Shown: positions 8,262 to 19,274 of the stretch, one piece after another
Position numbering within the stretch: the stretch's first letter is position 1
Layout of the letters: each line of letters opens with the position of its first letter
From: Dermatophilaceae bacterium
GTDB taxonomy: Bacteria; Actinomycetota; Actinomycetes; Actinomycetales; Dermatophilaceae
Assembly (NCBI GenBank): GCA_035654835.1
Contig: DASRVZ010000008.1
Location: 13,815-37,814, forward strand
DNA: 24,000 bases
Direction: 5' to 3'
Program-made: the position numbers and the translations under genes
The notes under the pieces: model-generated
The model's database searches: none
Seen by the model: only the letters and a program-made list of their open reading frames with translations
Told to the model about the DNA's origin: nothing

Positions 8262-8612
8262 TCGCCCGCTCCGATCCATGCAACCAGTGCCAACTCTTAA
8301 TTATCGGACTGGTGCAAGCCAAATAACAGCCCAATCTTCATGAGGACTGAAGAGCTCAACCGCGGTATTGCGGCAGCCAACGACCAGGCAAGGCCGGCTA
8401 GCTACTTACGGGAAACACCAGCGCGCACCGGCCACGACCTGTCCCTCGTTTGATGACGTCCTGGACAGGATTGGTGGTCAGGGCTGGCCCCCTCCAGCAC
8501 GTAAACTCGGTGTAAGCACGTGGTGCCGACCGTTAACGCACGATCCCTCTGGTTACGGTCCCGCGCTGCGGGTGAGCCGCCAAACCGGCAGCGCAAGACG
8601 AGGGACCCCAAG

Positions 8613-9311
8613 ATGTACGACCAGTCCTTGTTACTGCAGACGTTGTCACGATTCGCCGTGATTCTGCCGGCACGCTACGACCTGCAGGAAACGCTGAGCG
8701 AGCTCACGGAAAGCGCCACAGCGGTGTTGGGTCTGTGCGGTGCCTGGGTCACGATGGCCCACGATGGGCAGCTGACTGCAGTGAGCCAGGACTCCGCGGA
8801 GCTGCAGCGCGATCACGCGCAGCTACACCCCTTCCCGTGCCCGTGCCGAGACGCATACGCCACCGGTGAGGTGATCCGGGTGACCGACATCCGCGAGAAG
8901 ATCACCCACTGGCCTGAGTTCGCCGCTTCCGCCACCCGCTTGTCCATCGCAGGGGTCGCCGCGATACCGATGCGGCTGGCCGACCAGATCATCGGCGCCC
9001 TCAACCTCTACTCTCCGGAGCCGCGGCAGTGGTCGGATGAGGACATGGCGGTGGCCATGCTGCTGGCCGACGTGGCGACCAGCTACGTGGTCAACGCCTC
9101 CAAGCTGCACCAGCAGGAGCAGCTCAGCGAGCAGCTGCAAGAAGCACTGGAGTCACGCGTCGTCATCGAACAAGCCAAGGGGATCACCGCCCAGCAGCGC
9201 TCGGTCACCCCCGATCAGGCCTTCCAGTTGATGCGCTCGCACGCCCGCAACAACAACACCAGCCTGAGGGCAGTAGCCAAGGCGATCGTGTCTGTGGGGC
9301 TTCACGTCTGA
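8613..9311 (+). CDS. GAF + ANTAR domain RNA-binding (antitermination-type) regulator
   Basis: The C-terminus LESRVVIEQAKGITAQQRSVTPDQAFQLMRSHARNNNTSLRAVAKAIV is a textbook ANTAR signature. The N-terminal about 150 aa is GAF-like (..GAWVTMAHDGQL..GVAAIPMRLADQIIGALNLYS). ATG 8613 is preferred over the track TTG/GTG at 8520 because GAGGGA lies 7 nt upstream. Confidence 0.9.
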   Translation: MYDQSLLLQTLSRFAVILPARYDLQETLSELTESATAVLGLCGAWVTMAHDGQLTAVSQDSAELQRDHAQLHPFPCPCRDAYATGEVIRVTDIREKITHWPEFAASATRLSIAGVAAIPMRLADQIIGALNLYSPEPRQWSDEDMAVAMLLADVATSYVVNASKLHQQEQLSEQLQEALESRVVIEQAKGITAQQRSVTPDQAFQLMRSHARNNNTSLRAVAKAIVSVGLHV

Positions 9312-9473
9312 GAGCCTCGACCAAAGAGGGCCTTGGATTCAGAGTCATTTCGGAGGGACGGTTTGACTGTTGCGCCCCCAGAATCTTGTGGCGTCGCCAG
9401 CGGTGACCGCTAGAACCTAAGGATCGTGCCGCGGGACGGGATCGAGGAACTGGGCGAGGTTCAGGCCGTCCTG

Positions 9474-9962
9474 CTATTTCGACTCGTCAGATGGGTCTGA
9501 TGCGGGATGAGGTGTCGGCTTGTTTGGTGGGGGAAAGGCGTCCGCAAGTGAGCCGAAGCGCGCGATGTAGCACGGATCAAGAACGAGGGCTTCAACGTCG
9601 TGGGCAAGAAGCAGAGGTCCATGCACCTGAGCCTCGATGTAGTCGTCCAATAGATCCTTGTCATCATCGGCCTCTGCCAGCCCAACCAGTGACATCCGCA
9701 GGACGACGCCGAAATGGGTTGGCTCGAAGACACTGTCTGGGTAGCAGAACGTTGTGCGGGACAGGGTCTCTTGCGTGAGGCGCAGGTGGGCGGATCCGAA
9801 CCGAGGCGAGCCACCTGTGGCTCGGCCCCTGAAGTTCAGCGAGCCGTATTTCGGCCGCTCCGAAGCCGGGACCTCGTCATAGGCGTTGCCGAAGATGCGA
9901 CTCTCCCACGACCACCGATCGCCACCCGAGCGTCCTTTCAGGGATCGGCTTGAGGCGATCGG
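9474..9962 (-). pseudogene. Truncated/decayed gene resembling the DUF3626 family (C-terminal two-thirds only)
   Basis: Extending the 73-aa track ORF upstream in frame, with no start codon, gives GGDRWSWESRIFGNAYDEVPASERPKYGSLNFRGRATGGSPRFGSAHLRLTQETLSRTTFCYPDSVFEPTHFGVV..DDYIEAQVHGPLLLAHDVEALVLDPCY. The frame is closed by TAG at about 9963-9965. The expected N-terminal part appears only in another frame (..TLLVIADRL..). The family name is from memory of DUF3626 motifs and is not verified. Confidence 0.5.
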
Positions 9963-10251
9963 CTATGACCAGCAACGTCGGCTGGGCCGTGGAGCCAGAT
10001 CTTCGGTGAGTGGCTGATGGTGTGGCGGCGCTTGAAGCAGTGTTCGTCGGCACGTCGGGGATTGGTCCAGCAACTGAAGGATGCTGCTTCAGCCCACGCG
10101 TAGCCGCGTCGCCCACGCCGCACGCAAGATCGGTCCTGGCTGAGTGAGACAGGGGCGGTGCCTTCGCACACAACATACGACGGCACCGACCCTTGCAGAC
10201 CCGAACGCTCTGGACTGCGCCCGCGCTAGTCCCTGTTGCCGGCGGACAGGA

Positions 10252-11928
10252 TCAGGAGCCCGCGTGGTGCCGGTAGAACTCGGCTTCGGACGGCGGCAGC
10301 GGCGTGGTGCCCAGGATCAGGTCGGCAGCCTTCTCCGCCAGCATCATCACCGGCGCATAGATGTTGCCGTTGGTCACGTATGGCATGACCGAGGCGTCCA
10401 CCACCTTGAGCCCCTCGAGACCATGCACGCCCATGGTCAGCGGGTCGACGACCGACATCTCGTCCACGCCCATCTTCAACGAGCAGGACGGGTGCAGTGC
10501 GGCCTCTGCGTCCTTGGCCACCCAGTCGAGGATCTCCTCGTCGGTCTGCACCGATGCGCCGGGAGATATCTCGCCGTCGTTGAACTCGTCCATGGCGTGC
10601 TGGGTGAGGATGTTGCGGGCAACATGCACGGCCTCGACCCACTCACGGCGATCCTGGTCCGTCGACAGGTAGTTGAACCGCAGGGCAGGGTGCACCGCGG
10701 GGTCCTTGCTGATGATCTTGACCGAACCCCTGACATCGGAGTACATCGGTCCGACATGCACCTGGTACCCCTCCCCGCCACCAGCGGACGACCCGTCATA
10801 CCGGACGGCGATGGGCAGGAAGTGGAACATGAGGTTGGGGTACTTCACCGTCTCGTTGCTGCGAACGAAGCCACCGCCCTCGAAGTGGTTCGTCGCACCC
10901 GGCCCCTTGCGCCGGAACAGCCAGTCGGCCCCGATCCAGGGCATGTACCGGTACTTCAGGTACCTCTGCATCGTCACCTTCTGCTTGCAGGCGTACTGGA
11001 TGTACACCTCAAGGTGGTCCTGCATATTCTCCCCGACGCCGGGCAGGTCGTGCACCACGTCGATCCCGAGCGCGGACAGCTCCGCGGCGTTGCCCACTCC
11101 CGAGAGCTGAAGCAGCTGTGGGGAGTTGATCGCGCCACCGGACAGAATGACGGTCGTGGCCCTGACCTGCTGGGCGGCGTGCCGTCCCCGGCGATACTCA
11201 ACGCCCACCGCTGTCTTGCCCTCGAAGAGCACCCTGGACACCATCGCCCGGGTGACGACCTCGAGGTTGGGACGGTCCATGACCGGGTGCAGATAGGCCC
11301 GGGAAGCGGAGAGCCGGCGCCCCTTGTGGATGTTCCGGTCGAAGCGTGCGAAGCCCTCCTGGCGGTACCCGTTCACGTCGTCGGTGCGCGGGTAGCCAGC
11401 CTGCTCGGCGGCCTTGAAGAACGCCTCGAACAGCGGGTTGGTCGCCGGGCCCCGCTCCAGGACAAGCGGCCCGTCCTTGCCACGGAACTCATCGCCGGAG
11501 TCGGCGGCCAGGCAGTTCTCCATGCGGTTGAAGTACGGAAGGCAGTGGGCGTAGTCCCAGGTCTCCATGCCCTTGTCGGCACCCCAGCGCTCAAAGTCCA
11601 GCGGGTTGCCCCTCTGGAAGATCATCCCGTTGATCGTGCTTGAGCCACCCAGCACCTTGCCACGGGCATGACCGACCCTGCGGCCGTTCATGTGCGGCTC
11701 GGGCTCAGACTCGTACTTCCAGTCGTAGAAGCGGCTGCCGATCGGGTAGGGCAGTGCCGCCGGCATGTTGGTGAGCGGGTCCCAGTGCCAGTCGCTGTGC
11801 CCCGCCTCGAGGACCAGGACCTTGTTGGTCGGATCCGCGGACAGACGGTTGGCCAGCGCGGAGCCGGCCGAGCCGCCGCCGACGATGACGAAGTCGTACG
11901 TGGATGTCAGCTTCTCAGTGGTCGTCAT
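10252..11928 (-). CDS. betA: Choline dehydrogenase (GMC oxidoreductase)
   Basis: N-terminal FAD fold [23 protein letters not shown] motifs [18 protein letters not shown] and [20 protein letters not shown]-terminal [17 protein letters not shown]. The length (558 aa) and operon context fit BetA. Confidence 0.92.
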
Positions 11929-11929
11929 A

Positions 11930-12922
11930 TCAGCTCACGCCGGTTCCGGCGAGCCAGGTCTTGACCTTGTCGGGGTTGGCGTCGACCCACTTCTTGGCTG
12001 CATCGTTGGCGGACATCTTGTCCACCGCGATGGACTTCGCCACCATGTTCTGGTCCTCGTTGGTCCAGGTGAAGTTCTTGACCAGCGTGTATGCCGCGCT
12101 GCCCGACTCCGCGAACTTGGTGCTGACGATCTTGTTCAGCTTGTACTCCGGGTAGTCGCAGGCCACCTTGGCGGCATCGGCGTCACAACCCTCGGTGTAC
12201 GCGGGCAGGCTGACCTTCTCCAGCGGCACCTCGCTCATGAACCACTGCGGCTCGTAGAAGTAGCCGATCATCGGCTTCTTGTTCTGCTCGGCCTGGCGGA
12301 AGCTCGTGATCAGGGCCGCCTCGGACCCGGAGAAGACCACCTTGTAGTCCAGCTTCAGGTTCTTGACCAGGGCAGCGTCGTTGGTGACGAAGCCCGGGTC
12401 GCCGTCGAGCAGCTGCCCCTTGGAACCGGACTCGCTGGTCTTGAACAGGGAGGCGTACTTGTTGAGGTTCTTGGAGTCCAGGATGTCCGGGTGCGCCTTG
12501 GCCAGGAAGGGGGGCACGTACCAGCCGATCTTGCCGATGTTGCCGGTCAGTCCTGCCTCCTGGGCGACCTTCTGATCGGTGATGTACTTCTTGGCCAGGC
12601 TGGCGTGGCCCCAGTTCTCCACGATGGCATCGACCTCACCGGTGGAGAAGCCCTGCCACGAGACCTGCTCGTCGAGGTTCTTCTTCTTCACGGTGCAGCC
12701 GAGCTTGTTCTCGGCGACATAGGCGATCACGGCGGCGTTGGCCTCATAACCCACCCATGCGTTGACGGCCAGGTTGAACTGGCCGCACTTGGCGGCGGAG
12801 TCACCGCCACCTGCTGCAGCGGTGTCGCCCACCTTGGCTCCGCCACAGGCGCTCAGGGAGAGGGCTGCCGCTGCCAGAACCGCAATCGTTCCGGTTGGTT
12901 TGGTCACCTTGGTGAGGTTCAT
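11930..12922 (-). CDS. Glycine betaine/choline ABC transporter substrate-binding lipoprotein (ProX/OpuAC-like)
   Basis: Signal peptide with lipobox LSLSAC. The mature part resembles ProX/OpuAC-type binding proteins ([12 protein letters not shown].., [14 protein letters not shown]). The stop lies 1 nt before the betA ATG. Confidence 0.88.
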
Positions 12923-13013
12923 CGTATTCTGCCTTCTTCCGTTGATCGTGCGTGAATCGTGCGGCGAGCGGTCAGAGTGGCCGCCCTTGGGTATTGGGTC
13001 ATCGTGTGGACGC

Positions 13014-14995
13014 TCAGTGGTGCCCGTGGCTGGTGACGTCTGCCTTCCTGGAGGCGGCCTGGGTCACCCGGTCGAGCATGATGCCGAGCATGACGATGGC
13101 CAGTCCTGCGGCAAGGCCCTTGCCGAACTGGCTGTTCTGCCGGAAGCCGGCCACGACGTCATAACCGAGGGCGCCGGCCCCGACCAGTCCGCCGACCACG
13201 ACCATCGAGAGCACGTAGATCAACCCCTGGTTGGTGGCCAGCGCGATCGAGCGCATGGACATCGGGAGCTGGACCTTGGTGATGATCTGCCACCGGCTGG
13301 ACCCGGCGGCCGTGGCCGCCTCGATCGTCGTCTCCGACACTCCTGCGATCCCGTCGGCGACGATCTTGATCGTGATGGGGGCCGCGAAGACGATCGCCGC
13401 CACGATGGCGGTGAACCTGCTGGCCGCGAACAGGGCGACGAACGGCACGAGGTAGACGAAGGCCGGCATCGTCTGGGCCGCGTCAAGGGTGGGCCGGATC
13501 ACGCGGTCAGCCTTCGGGCTACGACCCATCAGGACGCCGAGGACCAGTCCGAGCGCCATCACCACCACCGTGGCGACCAGGGTCGCGGCCAGCGTGCTCA
13601 TGGCGTGCGACCACAGGCCGGTGCCGACGATCACCGCGAGACAGCCGGCTGCGCCGATCGCCGCCCGTCGGCTGCCGATGATCAGGGCCAGCGCAATGAT
13701 GACGGCAGAGACCAGCCACCAGGGTGAGTCGGTCAGCAGCTTCTGGAACGGGTTCAGGGCGTTGTAGGTCAGGGTGTCCTTGAGGGAGTTCGTGGCTCCG
13801 CTGAAGTTCAGCTGGACCCAGTCCGAGATCCTTCCGGCCGTCTGGATGATCGGGCTGCCCAGATCCGGCTTGGCGGGGAACTGTGAGGCCCAGAGGTACG
13901 TGGAGGACAGGTAGACGCTGATTGCGGAGATCACGGCCCCTACCACGAGCGCCGGGCGGCGAAGCTTGTTGGCGCGACCCCCCGGGTTGCGGCGGGCCAG
14001 CTCGGTGCGGACGCTGGCGGCGGTGGTGACGCGGTCGAGCACGATGGCCATGATCACGATCGAGAGGCCGGCGTTGAAGGCCGTTCCGACATCCAGGGAC
14101 TGCAGCGCTCTCAGGACTACGCGGCCCAGCCCCGGCGCGTCGATCAGCGCCGCGATGGTGACCATCGACAGCGCGGCCATGATGGTCTGGTTGATCCCGA
14201 TGACGATCGTGCGCTTGGCCATCGGGAGCATGACCTTGGTCAGTAGCTGGAAACGTGTGGACCCCATGGAGTCAGCCGCCTCGAGCGTCTCGGCGGGTAC
14301 TCCGCGGATGCCGTGCGCGGTGATCCGGATGACCGGTGGCGCTGCGTAGATGAGGGTGGCGATGGCCGCGGAGGCCGGACCGATCAGGAAGACCAGGGTC
14401 AGTGGTGCGAGGTAGACGAAGGTGGGCATCGTCTGCATGAAGTCCAGGAAGGGGGTCATGAACGAGTTGAACCGGTCCGAGAGCCCGGCCCAGATGCCCA
14501 GCGGGATCCCGACCAGCAGTGACAACATCACCGCCGTCGCGGTCAGGGCCAGGGTCTCCATGCTCTCGCTCCACAGCCCCTGCATGCCCAGAACGGTCAG
14601 CCCGGCCGTAGCCAGGACGGCCACCTTGAGATTGCCGAAGGCCCATGCCGCGAAGGCCGCCAGCACCACCACTCCGAACCAGCCGATGAGGGGAACCCCG
14701 CGCCCCAACGCGGGCTGGGCGATGAGGTGCTGCATGAAGGTCGCGATGACGTCGATGACCCCGCGGATCGGGTCGAAGAAGTAGAGGAACAGCGGGTTGG
14801 TGCTGCGCCCCGCGCCTACCGCGTCGTTGAGGTGGTTGAGCTGTGTCTGGATGGGGGTGAGCTCGGCTTGTGCCAGGGCCAGCGTGTCGCGGCCTCGCAA
14901 AGCCGCGAAGCCGACCAGCCAGGCGAGGACCACCAGCACGGCGGCGCCCCAGCGCGGGAGTCGGACCCTGGCTATATTGCTTGTGATGGAGGTCA

Positions 14996-14996
<1 letters not shown>
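13014..14996 (-). CDS. ABC transporter permease, tandem fusion of two ProW/OpuAB-like membrane domains (660 aa)
   Basis: Two successive copies of the permease core. Examples: TLALTATAVMLSLLVGIPLGIWAG..MQTMPTFVYLAPL and TLAATLVATVVVMALGLVLGVLMG..AQTMPAFVYLVPF. The ATG overlaps the upstream stop by 1 nt (ctgATGAcc at 14994-14998). Confidence 0.9.
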
Positions 14997-16104
<1,108 letters not shown>

Positions 16105-16108
<4 letters not shown>

Positions 16109-17643
16109 GGTGACTTCTCCTCGGTTGTCGGCAGTGGGGCCTGGCGCGATGGTGCCTCGCCGAACCAGTGCTGCGCTTCGGGGCGGATGTTCTGCCAGAT
16201 GTGCTTGGTCTCGCGGTACTCGGCAAGCCCGGCCTGTCCGAGCTCGCGACCGACACCTGACTGTTTGAAGCCGCCCCATTCGGCCTGTGGCACGTAGGGG
16301 TGGTAGTCGTTGATCCAGATCGTGCCGTGCCGCAGCCGGCCGGCGACCCGCTGGGCCTTGCCGGCGTCCTTGGTCCAGACGGCACCGGCCAGGCCGTACA
16401 TCGTGTCGTTGGCGATGCGCACCGCGTCGTCCTCGTCGGTGAAGCGCTCGACGGTCAGGACCGGTCCGAAGGACTCGTCCTGGACGACCTTCATGCTGGT
16501 GTGGCAGTCGTCGAGCACCGTCGGCCGGAAGAAGAAGCCGTCGGCCAAGGCGCCCTCCTGAGCCCTGACACCACCGCATCGCAGCACGGCGCCCTCGGCC
16601 AGTCCGTCCTGCACGTAGCGGGTGACCTTTGCCAGGTGCGTTGCCGAGATGAGCGTGCCGGTCTCGGTGAAGTCATCGAAGGGACCGCCGAGGCGGATGA
16701 GGTCGGCGCGACGGACGACCTCGTCGACGAACCGATCGTGCAGCTCGTCCTCGACGATCAGTCGCGCGCCGGCCGAGCAGACCTGCCCGGAGTGCAGGAA
16801 GACCGCGGCGAGGGCGAGGTCGACGGCCGCCTCGAAGTCCGCGTCGGCAAAGATGATGTTGGGGTTCTTGCCACCCAGCTCCAGGGCGACCCGCTTGACG
16901 CTCTGGGCGGCCGCGGCCATCACGGTGCGTCCGGTGGTCAGGCCGCCGGTGAACGAGACCAGGTCGACGTCCGGGTGTTCGGTCAGCACCGAGCCGACCT
17001 CTGCGCCCGCGCCCAGCACCAGGTTCGCGACGCCGGCGGGCAGTCCGGCCTCATCGAGCAGGTCCATCAGCATGACGGCGGTGGAGGGCGTGAGCTCGCT
17101 GGGCTTCAGGACGAAGGTGTTGCCGGCCAGCAACGCCGGGGCCACCTTCCAGGAGGTCTGCATCAGCGGGTAGTTCCAGGGCGTGATCAGGGCGCAGACC
17201 CCGACCGGCTCGTGGACCACGGTGCTGATCGCGTCCTCGCGGCCGGTGTCGATCACCCGGCCGGCGTCCGTGCCGGCGATTCCGCCGTAGTAGCGGAAGC
17301 AGCTGACGACCTCGTCGATGTCGTACTCGGCCTCGAGCAGGCGCTTGCCCGTGTCCAGGGACTCGGCGCGGGCCAGGGCGGCCTTGTCGCGCACCATCAG
17401 GTCTGCGGCGCGCAGGACCAGGGCACCTCTGTCGCGCTCGGGAGTCCGCGGCCAGTCCCCCTGGTCGAAGGCCTTTCGTGCCGCCTGAATCGCTTTGATC
17501 GCGTCCGGACGGGTCCCCTCGGAGACCGTTGCCACCAGCGTTCCGTCGGCCGGGCATCGGATCTCTCTCTGACCGCCCGCCTCGGCGCTGAGCCACTGAC
17601 CATCTACATACAGATTTGAGGGAATGTTGTGCCTTTCACTCAT
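16105..17643 (-). CDS. betB: Betaine-aldehyde dehydrogenase (NAD-dependent aldehyde dehydrogenase family)
   Basis: ALDH motifs: [19 protein letters not shown] (catalytic Glu) and [11 protein letters not shown] (catalytic Cys). Operon context fits. The start is taken as ATG 17643 ([17 protein letters not shown]), which has no obvious SD. An alternative TTG at 17685 has AGGAA 5 nt upstream. Confidence 0.9.
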
Positions 17644-17904
17644 GAATTGGGCGATATCGAGGATCGCTGATTGCTCGTGGCGCAACCGATTTCCTGCGGG
17701 CACCAACACATTGGGGTGGCCTTGGGGGATCGCGACGCAACCAACTCAAGGCCGCGCGTCCCCGTGCACCCGGGCAACTAAGTCGTCAACATTACCATCT
17801 TGCGCCCACTACCTTGACCTAAGTAGAGCAGACGGCTCTCCTGCCGGTGAGACCTGCCCGCGCACGAGACCACGCTGAAAGCCCTGCCACCTTCCCGGCC
17901 GTGG

Positions 17905-18360
17905 ATGGTCGCACCCTTCTGGGCCGACGTGGAGCTGCCTGCCGACTTCCCGGCGGATCGCACCCTGGCTGTCGTGGCATTTCAGCGGGGCCAGCAGTCC
18001 CGGGTAGATCGCTGGATCGAACACGCGGTCGCGGCTGGGGTGCCGCCGACAACACGAGGTGCAAGGGGACCTATCCCGGCCGCCGTCGTCGAGGTCCCCG
18101 TCCTGTCGACTCAGTGGCGGCCGGTGCGGCGCTTCATCGACGGCGGGATGACAGCTGGTATCGGTGACCCCGACGTGCTGGCCCGCACCATCACGGTCTA
18201 CACCGACGTAGCCGCCTTTCAGCGGTTCCTGGCCATCCCGAGCAGTAACGATGTGCATGCGCTGGTCGTCGACCGCGACGGCACCATCCTGGCCCGCGGT
18301 TGCGGCGACCCCGACGACGAGTCCTGGGCGGCCATCGTGGCCGGCCTCCTTGTCGACTAG
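17905..18360 (+). CDS. Hypothetical protein (151 aa), possibly thioredoxin-fold-like without catalytic cysteines
   Basis: Only one in-frame start exists after the stop at 17848. The C-terminal HALVVDRDGTILARGCG resembles the xLIDRDGxIv motif of redoxin/AhpC-like folds, but there is no CxxC. The fold assignment is a guess. Confidence 0.55.
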   Translation: MVAPFWADVELPADFPADRTLAVVAFQRGQQSRVDRWIEHAVAAGVPPTTRGARGPIPAAVVEVPVLSTQWRPVRRFIDGGMTAGIGDPDVLARTITVYTDVAAFQRFLAIPSSNDVHALVVDRDGTILARGCGDPDDESWAAIVAGLLVD

Positions 18361-18392
18361 CTTCACCGACCGAGTGGACTGACTTCACCGAC

Positions 18393-19175
18393 TCAGCCCG
18401 CCAATGATCCGCCGAAGATCTGCCAGGCGAGCAGGGACTTCGCCACGAGACTGAGCACCAGATAGGTCTTCTCGCCGTAGGCGTAGTCGGTCCACTTGCC
18501 GATCCCGCGGTACTGGAGCCATTGGTTGAGCCCGAAGCTGAAGAAGAGGATGACCTGGGTGACGACGATTCCGTACACGAAGCCGGGAACGGTCGCGGAC
18601 CCGAAGATGTTGAACGCGATCGAGACCCACGGGGCGAGACCGACGATCGTGCCGAACCAGAAGGGAAGCATCGTGGTCGTCGTGCGCCCCGGCGGGTTCA
18701 TCAGCTCCTGGACCCAGCCGAAGAGGATCATCCCGACGTTGGCGCCGATGATCGCGATGACGGCGTTGATGCTCGTGATACCTGAGTAGAAGCTGATGAG
18801 GATGATCATCAGGGTTGCGCTCACCGAGTACTCGACCCACCGGAACCGATTGATCCCTCGTCTCAGGTCACGCTCGTACGTGCTGCGATACACGGTGGCG
18901 GTCAGCAGATGATCGAGCGCTGCCAGTGCGAGGAATACAGCAACCGCCCATCCGATCCGCACATCGAAGACTGCGTCCGGGGCCGGGACGGCGGTTCCAG
19001 GCGGTCCCTCAGGGATAGACGAGGTCACGGTGATCGCAAAGCTGCCCGCGAGCACGAGGATCACCACCGCCTGGACAAGGTGCAACAACGTCAGGCCAAG
19101 ATTCCATGACCGCAGACCGGCAAGGCGCTGGGCGGTGACGCCGGTGGCCACCCGCAGGGTGTCGTTCCTGTTCAT
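18393..19175 (-). CDS. Heliorhodopsin (retinal-binding 7-TM photoreceptor)
   Basis: Long colinear matches to the remembered heliorhodopsin 48C12 sequence:
- NRFRWVEYSVSATLMIILIS vs NIFRWVEYSLSSSVMIVLIA.
- GMILFGWVQE vs SMILFGWLQE.
- LPFWFGTIVGLAPW vs LPFWFGCIAGIVPW.
- VPGFVYGIVV..YLVLSLVAKSLLAWQIFGGSL vs VPGFVYGIII..YIVLSLVAKSALAWQIFSGTL.

The Schiff-base Lys codon is at 18438-18440 and the counterion Glu (RWVEY) at 18831-18833. Both conserved His residues are present (LHLVQ, LDHLL). ATG 19175 is preferred because GAGGGGA lies about 5 nt upstream. Confidence 0.92.
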   Translation of the reverse strand: MNRNDTLRVATGVTAQRLAGLRSWNLGLTLLHLVQAVVILVLAGSFAITVTSSIPEGPPGTAVPAPDAVFDVRIGWAVAVFLALAALDHLLTATVYRSTYERDLRRGINRFRWVEYSVSATLMIILISFYSGITSINAVIAIIGANVGMILFGWVQELMNPPGRTTTTMLPFWFGTIVGLAPWVSIAFNIFGSATVPGFVYGIVVTQVILFFSFGLNQWLQYRGIGKWTDYAYGEKTYLVLSLVAKSLLAWQIFGGSLAG

Positions 19176-19274
19176 GACGCTCCCCTCGTTGCCACCGCTT
19201 GGCGGCATATGACGCGGACACCTATAGGAGCCAAGCGGCCAGCTGGGCTTGGGCGGCCTGACCTGGCACGCCGC

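Noticed and set aside
16109-16579. N-terminal 157-aa extension of the ABC ATPase ORF as given in the track (14996..16579)
   Set aside because: The extension lies entirely inside betB in another frame and is Arg/Pro/Gly-rich. A GTG with a GAGGAG SD at 16108 overlaps the betB stop and gives a normal-length ProV-type protein.
18361-18392. 10-bp direct repeat CTTCACCGAC x2 in the 32-bp gap between the convergent hypothetical gene and the heliorhodopsin
   Set aside because: It is a real repeat but short. It forms no convincing hairpin or terminator, and I can offer no functional hypothesis beyond chance or slippage.
18393-19175. Possibility that the 7-TM protein is a type-1 microbial rhodopsin (proton pump or sensory rhodopsin)
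   Set aside because: The sequence follows heliorhodopsin-specific blocks end to end (FRWVEYS, ILFGW.QE, LPFWFG, VPGFVYG, LSLVAKS.LAWQIF). It does not show the type-1 helix-C DTD/DTE-type motif or the helix-G DxxxK context.
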